From an uncultured Pseudomonadota bacterium (GTDB lineage: Bacteria > Pseudomonadota > Alphaproteobacteria > RF32 > CAG-239), in the NCBI GenBank assembly GCA_902797315.1, contig CADBSM010000054.1:1-44289 (forward strand): a stretch of 44,289 nucleotides of DNA, read 5' to 3'. This document shows positions 1 to 8,073 of this stretch, piece after piece. The notes beneath the pieces were generated by a model that was given only the letters and a program-made list of their open reading frames with translations, had not been told where the DNA came from and ran no database searches. The position numbers were made by a program, and so were the translations under genes. The first letter of the stretch is position 1, and every line of letters begins with the position of its first letter.

Positions 1-289
1 CAACCCTTAATGTAAGCATCTTCTCTCTTTGCTGTTACCTAGCGTATATATTGATCCCTAAGATACATAATCTTATAACTGAGACAGTCGGGCGGTCGTT
101 CTTCTTTACGACTCTTTAGCTACGATGAAACAAAGATCCTTTTTGCCTATTGCTCATTTTAGGTTTTTGTTTTTTGTTAATAATTTTATACTAATAAACT
201 TTCATTTTCATAGTACAATTTTTTTTTACAAAAATCAAGAAAATTTTTCAGAAAGATCTCTTGAACAATAAGCTACAAAACATTTTTTA

Positions 290-2080
290 TCAACTGATGC
301 TTTCTTTTAACAAAACAGATAAAACGCCTATTCCTTCGTAAGGCGGATCTAAAACATCCTCTGCAGGCTCAAAATTTAAAAGTAATTTATTGTTATCAAT
401 CAGCTTTTTTTCAATTCGAACAGATTTTTCTAAAGGTTGCTTATCTTCCGCCAAAACGTGCCACACATCTATCAGATGCCCATTGGCATAAACTTTAATA
501 TCTTGCTTTAAGGATTTTTTTAAAAGCATTTTGAAAGAAATTTCCAAAATCAAATCTTTTGAAATATCTTTAGGTAAACTCAAAGATATCTCATTTAAAA
601 ACACCATATCAAAAAATGTTTGTGAATATGAGGCATAACACTGTAAATCTGAAACTTCAGAAATTTTTTTATTTAAAACAGTATACGGATAATATTGCGG
701 TGAACTCACTGTTTTGGGCTCTTCAAATTTTTGATAAATTTTTGAAGATTTCATCAACTCTGCTTCTAATTTGAGACCTTCGCTTTCAATCAAAGTTGGA
801 ATATTTCTTAAAAGAGAACGCCCAAGTCCAAAACCTTTATCATCAAAATTAACACCTATGGCATTGAGCATTGTAGGCGCCATATCAAGCATAGTGTATT
901 TTTGATGCTTTTCTTTTTTAAAAATTGGTGATGGATTTAAGATAAAGTTGACAATTTTTCTTTCTTCAAAAGCTTTCAGAAGAGCGTTTTTCCCTATTTT
1001 CAGATGGTTTCCCAAAACGACAACAGTCGTATTTTCATAAAATTTCTGAGTTTTCATCCACTCTAAAAATGAGTTTAACATTTGATCTGCACAAGCAACA
1101 ACATCTTTTAGGTTCTCTTTTTGACCCTGGCAAGAGGCATCTAAATAAAAATCAGGAGCACGTGTATCAAGCGAAAAAAAAAAAAAAAAGAAAGGTTCTT
1201 TATGGTCTGCCAACTTTTGAAGTTCTGTCTGAGCTTGCTTATAAAGTATACTATCTCGAAAACCATTAAACGCCCCTTTATTTTCCTTAAATAAAAAATA
1301 TTGTTTTAGATTATCTTTGCCATAGACGTTTGAAAAACCATGTGTTTTTAAAAATAATCCTGTTCTTGCAAAATTAATATTTGAAGCTTGAAGAAAAGAT
1401 GTGTTGTAGCCATTGTTTTTTAATATTTCAGGCATACAAATAATTTGCGGTAAAAAATTTTGATATCCAGAACGCCTATTAAAACTTGATTTTTGATAAG
1501 GCACTGCACACAAACTTTCAACCATCGCAGCAATTGTAAAACCCTGATTTTTAAGCTGGTAAAATCCATCAAACGATAAATGATTTTGCATATAAGACGA
1601 AATGTTAGGAATTAAATTTTCATTTTCAGATCCTGCTTTTTGATAACCTTCTTCCATCGATTCTAAATAAATCAAAACCAAATTTCTTTTTTGAGACGGA
1701 AAGTCATATCTTAAGTTTTGCGGGTAGACATATTCGTTTTCATAAACAAGAGAATAGGTATACTGATTTTTAAGATATCCATACAAATCTATTTTATAAC
1801 AAACGAACGCTAGAAAAATAACCGAAATAAAGCACAAATCTCTGTTTTTTGAAAAAATAAAAGAACACGCAAACATTAAAAACACAGCAAATAGAATGCT
1901 AAAGATATAATTCATTATCATTGCGGGCGACAAATCTGCCACACCATCTTCCAAATTAATCAAAATCTGCAAAAAATTCACATCTCCCCATACATAGTTC
2001 GTATAGATAAGCATGACAAACAATGCGGCAGCTAAAAATAAAAAAATTAATGTTAAAACATCTGCAATTGTGTGTTTCAT
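290..2080 (-). CDS. Sulfatase/alkaline-phosphatase-superfamily membrane transferase (LtaS/OpgB/EptA-like lipid-headgroup transferase)
   Basis: 596-aa ORF. The N-terminus has several hydrophobic helices, followed by a sulfatase-type domain (LVLIYLESMEE, SLDTRAPDF). Its ATG overlaps the upstream gene's TGA (ATGA at 2077-2080). It contains the T16 coding-strand run. Confidence 0.6.
   Translation of the reverse strand: MKHTIADVLTLIFLFLAAALFVMLIYTNYVWGDVNFLQILINLEDGVADLSPAMIMNYIFSILFAVFLMFACSFIFSKNRDLCFISVIFLAFVCYKIDLYGYLKNQYTYSLVYENEYVYPQNLRYDFPSQKRNLVLIYLESMEEGYQKAGSENENLIPNISSYMQNHLSFDGFYQLKNQGFTIAAMVESLCAVPYQKSSFNRRSGYQNFLPQIICMPEILKNNGYNTSFLQASNINFARTGLFLKTHGFSNVYGKDNLKQYFLFKENKGAFNGFRDSILYKQAQTELQKLADHKEPFFFFFFSLDTRAPDFYLDASCQGQKENLKDVVACADQMLNSFLEWMKTQKFYENTTVVVLGNHLKIGKNALLKAFEERKIVNFILNPSPIFKKEKHQKYTMLDMAPTMLNAIGVNFDDKGFGLGRSLLRNIPTLIESEGLKLEAELMKSSKIYQKFEEPKTVSSPQYYPYTVLNKKISEVSDLQCYASYSQTFFDMVFLNEISLSLPKDISKDLILEISFKMLLKKSLKQDIKVYANGHLIDVWHVLAEDKQPLEKSVRIEKKLIDNNKLLLNFEPAEDVLDPPYEGIGVLSVLLKESIS
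1174..1189. repeat. A16 homopolymer (T16 on the coding strand), in frame inside the sulfatase-family CDS
   Basis: Counted directly as gcg-A(16)-gaaagg. It encodes part of the FFFFFF-S stretch (ttc ttt x5 tcg). It is the longest homopolymer I saw in the window. Confidence 0.95.
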
Positions 2081-2712
2081 AAAAGACCTTTCATTTTTAA
2101 AATAATTTCATCAAACATAGCTTGCGTTAAAACACCAGTATTGATATTATAGCGCGAAGTATGGTACGAATTTATCAGATAAAAATTTTGTTTTGCTAAA
2201 AAATGGACAGCCCCATGCTGAAACTTGAAAGCGCTTTTTTTATATGACAAAGCTGTCAAAACACATTGATGTGCGACAGAGCCCAGCGTAAGAATAATTT
2301 TCAAATTTGGCATATTGGTTATTTCATTTATTAAAAAGGGACGGCAATTTTTTTCTTCTTCGGCTGTCACCTTATTTTGAGGCGGCACGCAACGCACTGA
2401 ATTTGTCACACGCACATTTAAAAGTTCAAACCCGTCATCTTTTCTTTTTTGATAAGTTCCTTGAGCAAATCCAAATTTTTTTAAACAAGGATACAAAATG
2501 TCTCCGGCATAATCGTTTGTAAATGGTCTATTAGTTTGATTCGCCCCATTTAAACCCGGCGCTAAACCAACAACTAAAATTTTGGCATCAAGTGATCCAA
2601 AGGAATGAACAGGAGCATTATAATATGATGGAAATTTTTGTTTGTTTAATTTTCTGAAAGCGACAAGACGCTGACATTTGGCACAATTTTTATCCGGATT
2701 ACAAAAAAGCAT
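2077..2712 (-). CDS. Uracil-DNA glycosylase superfamily protein (family 4/5-like)
   Basis: 211 aa. It has an N-terminal CAKCQRL Cys motif, VVGLAPGLNGANQTNRPFT (motif A-like) and a C-terminal HTSRYN (HPS-type motif B-like). Confidence 0.75.
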   Translation of the reverse strand: MLFCNPDKNCAKCQRLVAFRKLNKQKFPSYYNAPVHSFGSLDAKILVVGLAPGLNGANQTNRPFTNDYAGDILYPCLKKFGFAQGTYQKRKDDGFELLNVRVTNSVRCVPPQNKVTAEEEKNCRPFLINEITNMPNLKIILTLGSVAHQCVLTALSYKKSAFKFQHGAVHFLAKQNFYLINSYHTSRYNINTGVLTQAMFDEIILKMKGLL

Positions 2713-2867
2713 ATTCTTAAACCTTGTTTATCGCTTGCTAAACATACGGTAACACAATTTTTTTTCAAACGCACTATTTAAAATTTTTTTTTACAGAATA
2801 TATAGCATGTGAACTTTAGGATTAATTCATTTAACAACATCTATTTATAAATAGGAGAATATTTAAA

Positions 2868-3434
2868 ATGAAAAAGATATTATTGCTAGCTGGTGTTGCC
2901 AGTATTGTCACACTCAATGCAAAAGCTGGTTATTGGACGGACATGTACAATGATATGAAACCTTATATTGGGGCAGATTACATTTATAGCAACATCAAAT
3001 TTGGCAATCCTGCACGAGGTTTAAGAGATAGCTATCACTCAGGTTCGGTTAATTTGGGTGCGCGTATGTACGGTTATTGGGGGCTAGAAGCCTTTTATCA
3101 ACAATCAGGTAAACGCGAAAAGAGACACCCTGACGGCAAACATTCTGCCGAATTTTTAGCTTATGGTGCAGATTGGTACGGCTATGCACCGATTATGTGC
3201 AGCCAATTTAATGTACTGGGCTCTCTTGGTTTAGCCAATTATCGTTTTAAGTTCGGCTATCCCGACATTGCTTCAAAAACTCAAAACAGAGTAGGTTATC
3301 GTGCCGGTATCGGTATGCAATATGACTTTAACGAGCACATAGCTGCCCGCGTTATGGGACGCTACACTTATCTTGGCATGAAACGTGTCAACAACTTAAA
3401 AGAAGTCACTGTCGGTTTAAGATATATGTTTTAA
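2868..3434 (+). CDS. Small outer-membrane beta-barrel protein (OmpA-N/OmpW/opacity-type barrel)
   Basis: 188 aa. It has a signal peptide (MKKILLLAGVASIVTLNAKA), alternating aromatic/Gly-rich strands and a terminal ...GLRYMF with C-terminal Phe. SD is AGGAGA 9 nt upstream. Confidence 0.6.
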   Translation: MKKILLLAGVASIVTLNAKAGYWTDMYNDMKPYIGADYIYSNIKFGNPARGLRDSYHSGSVNLGARMYGYWGLEAFYQQSGKREKRHPDGKHSAEFLAYGADWYGYAPIMCSQFNVLGSLGLANYRFKFGYPDIASKTQNRVGYRAGIGMQYDFNEHIAARVMGRYTYLGMKRVNNLKEVTVGLRYMF

Positions 3435-3454
3435 TAAAAGCAACAACCACAAAA

Positions 3455-3486
3455 AAGATACCATTTTATCATGGTATCTTTTTTTA
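3455..3486 (+). terminator. Rho-independent terminator after the OMP gene
   Basis: Perfect 10-bp stem AAGATACCAT / ATGGTATCTT with loop TTTATC, followed by a T-run. Confidence 0.7.
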
Positions 3487-3548
3487 TATTCAAAGGGCTT
3501 GCATTTTAAGTAAAGAGCATATATCATCAAGTTTGAAAAGGATTAAAA

Positions 3549-4046
3549 ATGAAACTTTACCATTATGTGCCCAAAAAAAATACTGTTTTTCAAGACGGCA
3601 TTTTATCAATTTCAAAAAATGATACCAATCTCAAAACTTATTTCAAACGCGCCAATTCTGACAATAAAGAAGATGTTATAGCGTGGCTTGAAAAAACATT
3701 TCCAGGACGCAGTAAATCAATTTCCTGTTTAACGGAACCTATCAAATGGCACTCAAATGACATCGTTTTAAAACAGATTGTTCAAAATTCAGAACTCTTT
3801 TCTTTTGAACTTAATGATTTAATCGAAGACGGATTAGTCGAAGCAATCTGGTGTAAAGCAGGCTCTCAGGCCAATGGCATCAACGAACAATTTTTTTTAA
3901 TAGATTCTGAACAAATTGACACCTCCCCTTTACCTTGGCACAAATGTAATAGTTCCAGAGGCTTGATTTATGGCGTCATACGCCATTATTTAATTGTCTT
4001 AAAAGATGGCCTTATTCCGCCTCAATACCTTTCAAAAGAAGATTAA
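3549..4046 (+). CDS. Hypothetical protein (165 aa), no family recognised
   Basis: ORF with AAGGA SD-like sequence upstream. It is convergent with the large orphan ORF, 16 nt apart. I could not see convincing catalytic motifs. Confidence 0.45.
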   Translation: MKLYHYVPKKNTVFQDGILSISKNDTNLKTYFKRANSDNKEDVIAWLEKTFPGRSKSISCLTEPIKWHSNDIVLKQIVQNSELFSFELNDLIEDGLVEAIWCKAGSQANGINEQFFLIDSEQIDTSPLPWHKCNSSRGLIYGVIRHYLIVLKDGLIPPQYLSKED

Positions 4047-4062
4047 CTCTCAAAAAAACACT

Positions 4063-6375
4063 CTATTCTTTAGAGTATTTATTCAAAACACCTCTCATCT
4101 TTGCGATCCAAACCTCTTGCTGTTTCTGATTATTTTGTTGGAAACAAGCATCTTCTTTTTCAAAAGCTTTGTTCGAAGGGAAAGGAATATTAATTGTCTC
4201 TCCTGTTTCATATTTCATTTGAGTATAATATTCACCATTTTCACTGGCAAAAGGAATTTTATATTCGTGATTTGGACCAAACTTTATAAGCTCCCTGCCG
4301 TTAACAATTTCGACAATCGGCTCTTGCCCCGGTTTGATAGAAATTCTTTTATCATAATGCATTAAATTTCCTTGCTGATCAACAAACTCAGCCAACCCAT
4401 TTTTTTCATCAAACAGAGGATAAAGTTTGCCTTCACACAAAATTTGGCACGTTTTATTTTGTTCATCTAGAACAAGATTTAAAGTTGCATCGGAAGCAAT
4501 TTGATAGGTGGTTTTATTTTTTTGTTTCTGATTTTGGTTCTTAATTCTACCATATTCATCAAAATCGACTTTTGATTGATTTTGGTTGCAATCATTAGAA
4601 TCCGAAAAAATCGGGTTTTGGAGAGCTCCTCTGCCACTTTTTTGCATAATTTTTAAGCTTAATGGAAGCTCTGTATTTCTACATAAAATTTCAACATTTT
4701 TATTTTGAATTTGTGTCTGCAGAAGTTCTTTATCTTGAATGTTTTCAACCTCGATTTTTGTGGAGGGAGAAACTGTCATAGCTGTTGTTTGTGCATAATC
4801 CGGCTTTGCTCTTTTATCAAAAACAATTTTTTTTGCTCCTGAAAAATCTATATTTTTAGGAAACTTAACATTATATTTTAATCTGAGTTCTTCTATGTGT
4901 TGAGGCAGTTTTACCATTTGAGCTTCGGACAAATCAACATCTTCAAGTATCATTTTTTTGCATTTCATATCATTTAAATCAAGAATCTTCATCGGGGGTA
5001 TTTTGACCTCAGATAATGTGAAACTTTCACATTCTTTTGGTGCCTTAATACCGACATATTCCATATTTGCCACACATACATTGCCTCCACAATTAGAAGC
5101 ATCAAGTGCATCAAAATCAGGCGACAATGTGCAATTGTACAGCATCATGTCACCTTTTAAATGCACATCACGAAATTTTTCAGATATAACAATTGAATGA
5201 AAAGATGCATCTTTAATTTCAAGAAAATTTGATGTTGGTTCGATTTGATCTGAACGGCACAACCCTCTCACATTCAAATCTTTATTATATACTTCTAAAG
5301 ATTGATTTTTTTTAAAAATACCAAGCCGCTTTTGAGACTCTTTCTTATACTCAAATGTTGGAAAATCTTTAATTTGTTTGTTGTTTCTTTCAATCAGATA
5401 ATCATTCAATTCACTCGTGTTTTTAGGTGTATGTAGCTTAGCAAATTTTTCAAAATCTATACCTTCTTTTTTAAAATAGCCTTTTGCATCAGCAATTTGA
5501 ACAAGTTTGTCATCTACACGCAAATAGATTGCCGACAACGGATTTCTGTCTTTAAGGACAAGAGTTTCATAGTCAGCTCTATAATCTTTTTGATAAGCTG
5601 TGTGTTTTTTTAAGGCCGATGCAAAAGGTCGCTCTGCACCGGCCATATCATAAAATTTTTGACCTTTTTGTTGTTTAAACTCATAAACAAAACCATATTG
5701 CATACCATCTATTGTTTGATATCGCAAACCTTTGCCTAAATTAGAAGCTTTTGAATATTTAACAGCTTCTGACAATCTGTTGGTTGCATAAACACAATCA
5801 CGAGAACGACGACTTGAGGCTATAGCATATGGTTTATCACCTAAAAGACCTCCTCTATAAATATATTTTTGAGAAGTAAATTCTTTATCACCTTCTTGAG
5901 AAATCACAACGTTAGGCATTTTATCTGCGGCATATTTTAAAAATTCAGATAAAATCTGATGAACATTTTTTTCTTCAGGATTATTTTTTTCAATATCAAT
6001 GATATAATCTGCATATCTTTGAGAGGTTGCCTCAATTAGGTTGTCCTTCACAACAGGCATAGCGCAGCTTGTCTCAAAACCATTTTCGCTTAAAATACGA
6101 ACCATATCTTTTGTAGCAAGCATAGCATCTTTTGCGGTTTTAAAAAAAGGCGTACGAATACCGGATCCTTCAACGACAAAACAACTCAAATCATCTTTAA
6201 TATTTTCATCATAAAAAGGCAGAGCATGAATCCCCCCTCTTCTAAGCAAATTGACCACATCTTCAACTGTTTGTTTTTTTAAGTGAAGCCCTAAAGAAAC
6301 TGAAAGTGGTTGTTTGATACTATCAAAATGGTCTGAAACCACACTTTTGTATATTGTGTTATAATTACCTGCCAT
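4063..6375 (-). CDS. Large orphan protein (~770 aa), effector-like, no family recognised
   Basis: Long uninterrupted ORF. GAGGAG lies 8 nt upstream of the ATG at 6375, whereas the track's TTG at 6381 is only 2 nt from the SD. It has N/Q/K-rich low-complexity segments and a central Cys/Leu-rich irregular repeat-like region. There is no signal peptide and no TM helix. Confidence 0.6.
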   Translation of the reverse strand: MAGNYNTIYKSVVSDHFDSIKQPLSVSLGLHLKKQTVEDVVNLLRRGGIHALPFYDENIKDDLSCFVVEGSGIRTPFFKTAKDAMLATKDMVRILSENGFETSCAMPVVKDNLIEATSQRYADYIIDIEKNNPEEKNVHQILSEFLKYAADKMPNVVISQEGDKEFTSQKYIYRGGLLGDKPYAIASSRRSRDCVYATNRLSEAVKYSKASNLGKGLRYQTIDGMQYGFVYEFKQQKGQKFYDMAGAERPFASALKKHTAYQKDYRADYETLVLKDRNPLSAIYLRVDDKLVQIADAKGYFKKEGIDFEKFAKLHTPKNTSELNDYLIERNNKQIKDFPTFEYKKESQKRLGIFKKNQSLEVYNKDLNVRGLCRSDQIEPTSNFLEIKDASFHSIVISEKFRDVHLKGDMMLYNCTLSPDFDALDASNCGGNVCVANMEYVGIKAPKECESFTLSEVKIPPMKILDLNDMKCKKMILEDVDLSEAQMVKLPQHIEELRLKYNVKFPKNIDFSGAKKIVFDKRAKPDYAQTTAMTVSPSTKIEVENIQDKELLQTQIQNKNVEILCRNTELPLSLKIMQKSGRGALQNPIFSDSNDCNQNQSKVDFDEYGRIKNQNQKQKNKTTYQIASDATLNLVLDEQNKTCQILCEGKLYPLFDEKNGLAEFVDQQGNLMHYDKRISIKPGQEPIVEIVNGRELIKFGPNHEYKIPFASENGEYYTQMKYETGETINIPFPSNKAFEKEDACFQQNNQKQQEVWIAKMRGVLNKYSKE

Positions 6376-6391
6376 TGTCAAAACTCCTCTA

Positions 6392-6418
6392 GAAATTAAA
6401 CCACCTTATTCAGGTGGT
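6392..6418 (-). terminator. Intrinsic-terminator-like hairpin immediately upstream of the RBS of the 770-aa ORF
   Basis: The minus strand reads ACCACCT-GAATA-AGGTGGT followed by TTAATTTCT, then AGAGGAG and ATG. It could terminate an upstream RNA or act as an attenuator. Confidence 0.5.
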
Positions 6419-6727
6419 CTGGAGAGTTCATAAATCATACACTGTTAAATGATCCTGCAAACCTTTCAGATTACGGGCTATTGCTGATAATCCTTGGACA
6501 TTCGCCTGCAGCTCCCAGACCATTTTCGATCTGGGATTATTTACTATTGGCAACTTAAATTGCACCCTAGCATAACGGTGACAATCCCTGACACCGAACA
6601 GTGTAAAAAGCTTATGAAGGCTCCGACCACACCGGATCTAAATATGCGCATCTAGTGCATATCTGTTTAAAGGATATCACGTCAGCTTTTTAAAAGCAAC
6701 TAAATATTTTGGCAGAAAAAACGTTTT
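6419..6727 (-). other. GC-enriched noncoding region: candidate structured RNA or long regulatory 5' leader
   Basis: About 300 nt with no ORF of 60 aa or more, and visibly more GC-rich than neighbouring AT-rich intergenic DNA. It holds several local hairpins (CCCAGA-N10-TCTGGG, CGGTG-N10-CACCG, ATATGC-N9-GCATAT). No tRNA, tmRNA, RNase P or SRP signature motifs were found. Confidence 0.3.
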
Positions 6728-8065
6728 TTAAGCGTATGGATTATCTGATTTTCGAACAGTTATTCGAATAGGCACACCGCCTAAATCAAATGTTTGACGC
6801 ATATCATTAATCAGATATCTTAAATAAGAATCCGGCAAACCTTCCGGGTTGCTTGAGAAAATATAAAAAGACGGCGGTCTTGTTTTGGCTTGGGTAATAT
6901 ATTTGAGCTTAATACGCCTCTTATTTTTTCCGAGCGGCGGTGTATTTTGCGCTTGAACATCGGAAAACCACTTATTTAACGGTGCTGTCGGAATGCGTTT
7001 ATTCCAGCGTTCATAAACTTTTAAAACAGCCCTCATCAATTTATCTAAACCTTCTTTTTTCAAAGCAGAAACCGTCACGGTTGGAATACCACTCACCTGA
7101 GTTAAAGATGTCTGAAGTCTGTCATTAAGACGCTGAATTGTTTGTTGACGCTTAGCTATATCCCACTTGTTGACAGCAATAACCAAAGCACGACCTTCAT
7201 CAATAACCTGTCTGGCAATTGTTAAATCTTGCTTATCTAAAACGGCATCAGCATCTAAAACCAAAATCACAACCTGAGCCATAAAAGCAGCATGTTTCGT
7301 CGATGCAGCAGACATTTTTTCAAGACTATCCACAATTTTGCTTTGACGTCTTAAACCTGCTGTATCAACTAAATTAATGCGGCGACCGTCAAAAGACCAT
7401 TCCGTTTTAATTGCATCACGCGTAATTCCTGCCTCAGGACCTGTCAACATTCGCTCATCATTTAAAAAAGCGTTCACAAGAGTCGACTTTCCAACATTTG
7501 GTCTGCCGACAATTGCTAAATCTATTGCTTTTTCTTTCAGGTCTTCTTCGATATCTTCTATGTCAGAATTTTCTTTATCGTATTCAACCAAAGCTTGATA
7601 TAAATCTTCTAAGCCAAGACCATGTTCTGCTGAAAACGGTATCGGTTCGCCCAAGCCAAGTTTATAACTTTCAAAAATAGAATCTTCTTGATTTTTGCCT
7701 TCACATTTATTGGCAAGCAAAATAACAGGCTTATGACTTTGCCTAACTAATGTTGCAAAAACTTCGTCATAAGGATGAAGCCCTGTTCTGGCATCAATCA
7801 TAAAAAGGCAAACATCTGCAGCATCTATCGCACGTTTTGTTTGTGCATACATTCTACTTTCAATACTGTCTTCGCCTCCTGTTTCGAAGCCTGCGGTATC
7901 AATCAACTTTAAATCTAACCCTCTAAAAGAAGCCAACGCTTCTTTGCGATCACGTGTCACTCCCGGCGTGTCATGAACAAGAGCAACCTTGCGCCCGACC
8001 AATCTATTGAGTAAGGTCGATTTTCCAACGTTTGGTCTGCCGATAATTGCAACAGTGAGAGCCAT
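6728..8065 (-). CDS. der: Ribosome-biogenesis GTPase Der (EngA)
   Basis: 445 aa with two tandem G domains (GRPNVGKST twice, DTAG twice, NKCE/NKWD) and a KH-like C-terminal domain. Confidence 0.95.
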   Translation of the reverse strand: MALTVAIIGRPNVGKSTLLNRLVGRKVALVHDTPGVTRDRKEALASFRGLDLKLIDTAGFETGGEDSIESRMYAQTKRAIDAADVCLFMIDARTGLHPYDEVFATLVRQSHKPVILLANKCEGKNQEDSIFESYKLGLGEPIPFSAEHGLGLEDLYQALVEYDKENSDIEDIEEDLKEKAIDLAIVGRPNVGKSTLVNAFLNDERMLTGPEAGITRDAIKTEWSFDGRRINLVDTAGLRRQSKIVDSLEKMSAASTKHAAFMAQVVILVLDADAVLDKQDLTIARQVIDEGRALVIAVNKWDIAKRQQTIQRLNDRLQTSLTQVSGIPTVTVSALKKEGLDKLMRAVLKVYERWNKRIPTAPLNKWFSDVQAQNTPPLGKNKRRIKLKYITQAKTRPPSFYIFSSNPEGLPDSYLRYLINDMRQTFDLGGVPIRITVRKSDNPYA

Positions 8066-8073
8066 TTCAACCT

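Noticed and set aside
1-289. A possible RNA gene or gene remnant at the left edge (local stem AGTCG..CGACT around 85-112, and a T9 run at 219-227).
   Set aside because: There are no recognisable RNA-family motifs, no ORF and only weak stems. It is most likely plain 3' flanking or promoter DNA, and the left context is missing.
1069-1269. Numerous 60-110-aa ORFs in the track lie antisense to, or nested inside, long well-supported genes. Examples are 1069-1269, 2307-2522, 4006-4365, 4958-5200, 6940-7128, 7377-7680, 10863-11296, 22392-23697 and 41464-41848.
   Set aside because: They overlap strongly supported CDSs on the opposite strand or in another frame. They lack SD sequences and have low-complexity, stop-poor compositions typical of shadow ORFs.
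4063-6375. ADP-ribosyltransferase-like hints: IYRGG followed by VYATNRL and YEF in the 770-aa protein, and LYHY...GILS at the N-terminus of the adjacent 165-aa protein.
   Set aside because: The spacing and residues do not match the R-S-E (aromatic-R / STS / ExE) or H-Y-E signatures convincingly. The resemblance is too weak to call without profile or structure searches.
6382-6727. I considered whether this block is a tRNA, tmRNA (including the permuted two-piece alphaproteobacterial form), RNase P RNA, SRP RNA, or a TPP/cobalamin/c-di-GMP riboswitch.
   Set aside because: I could not find any of these signatures on either strand:
- A T-loop (GGTTCGA-type) with an acceptor end
- A plausible tag ORF ending in ..LAA
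- The GAGGAAAGTCCGGGC P4 motif of RNase P
- The SRP domain IV motif
- The CTGAGA/B12-box-type riboswitch cores

The region is therefore left unclassified.
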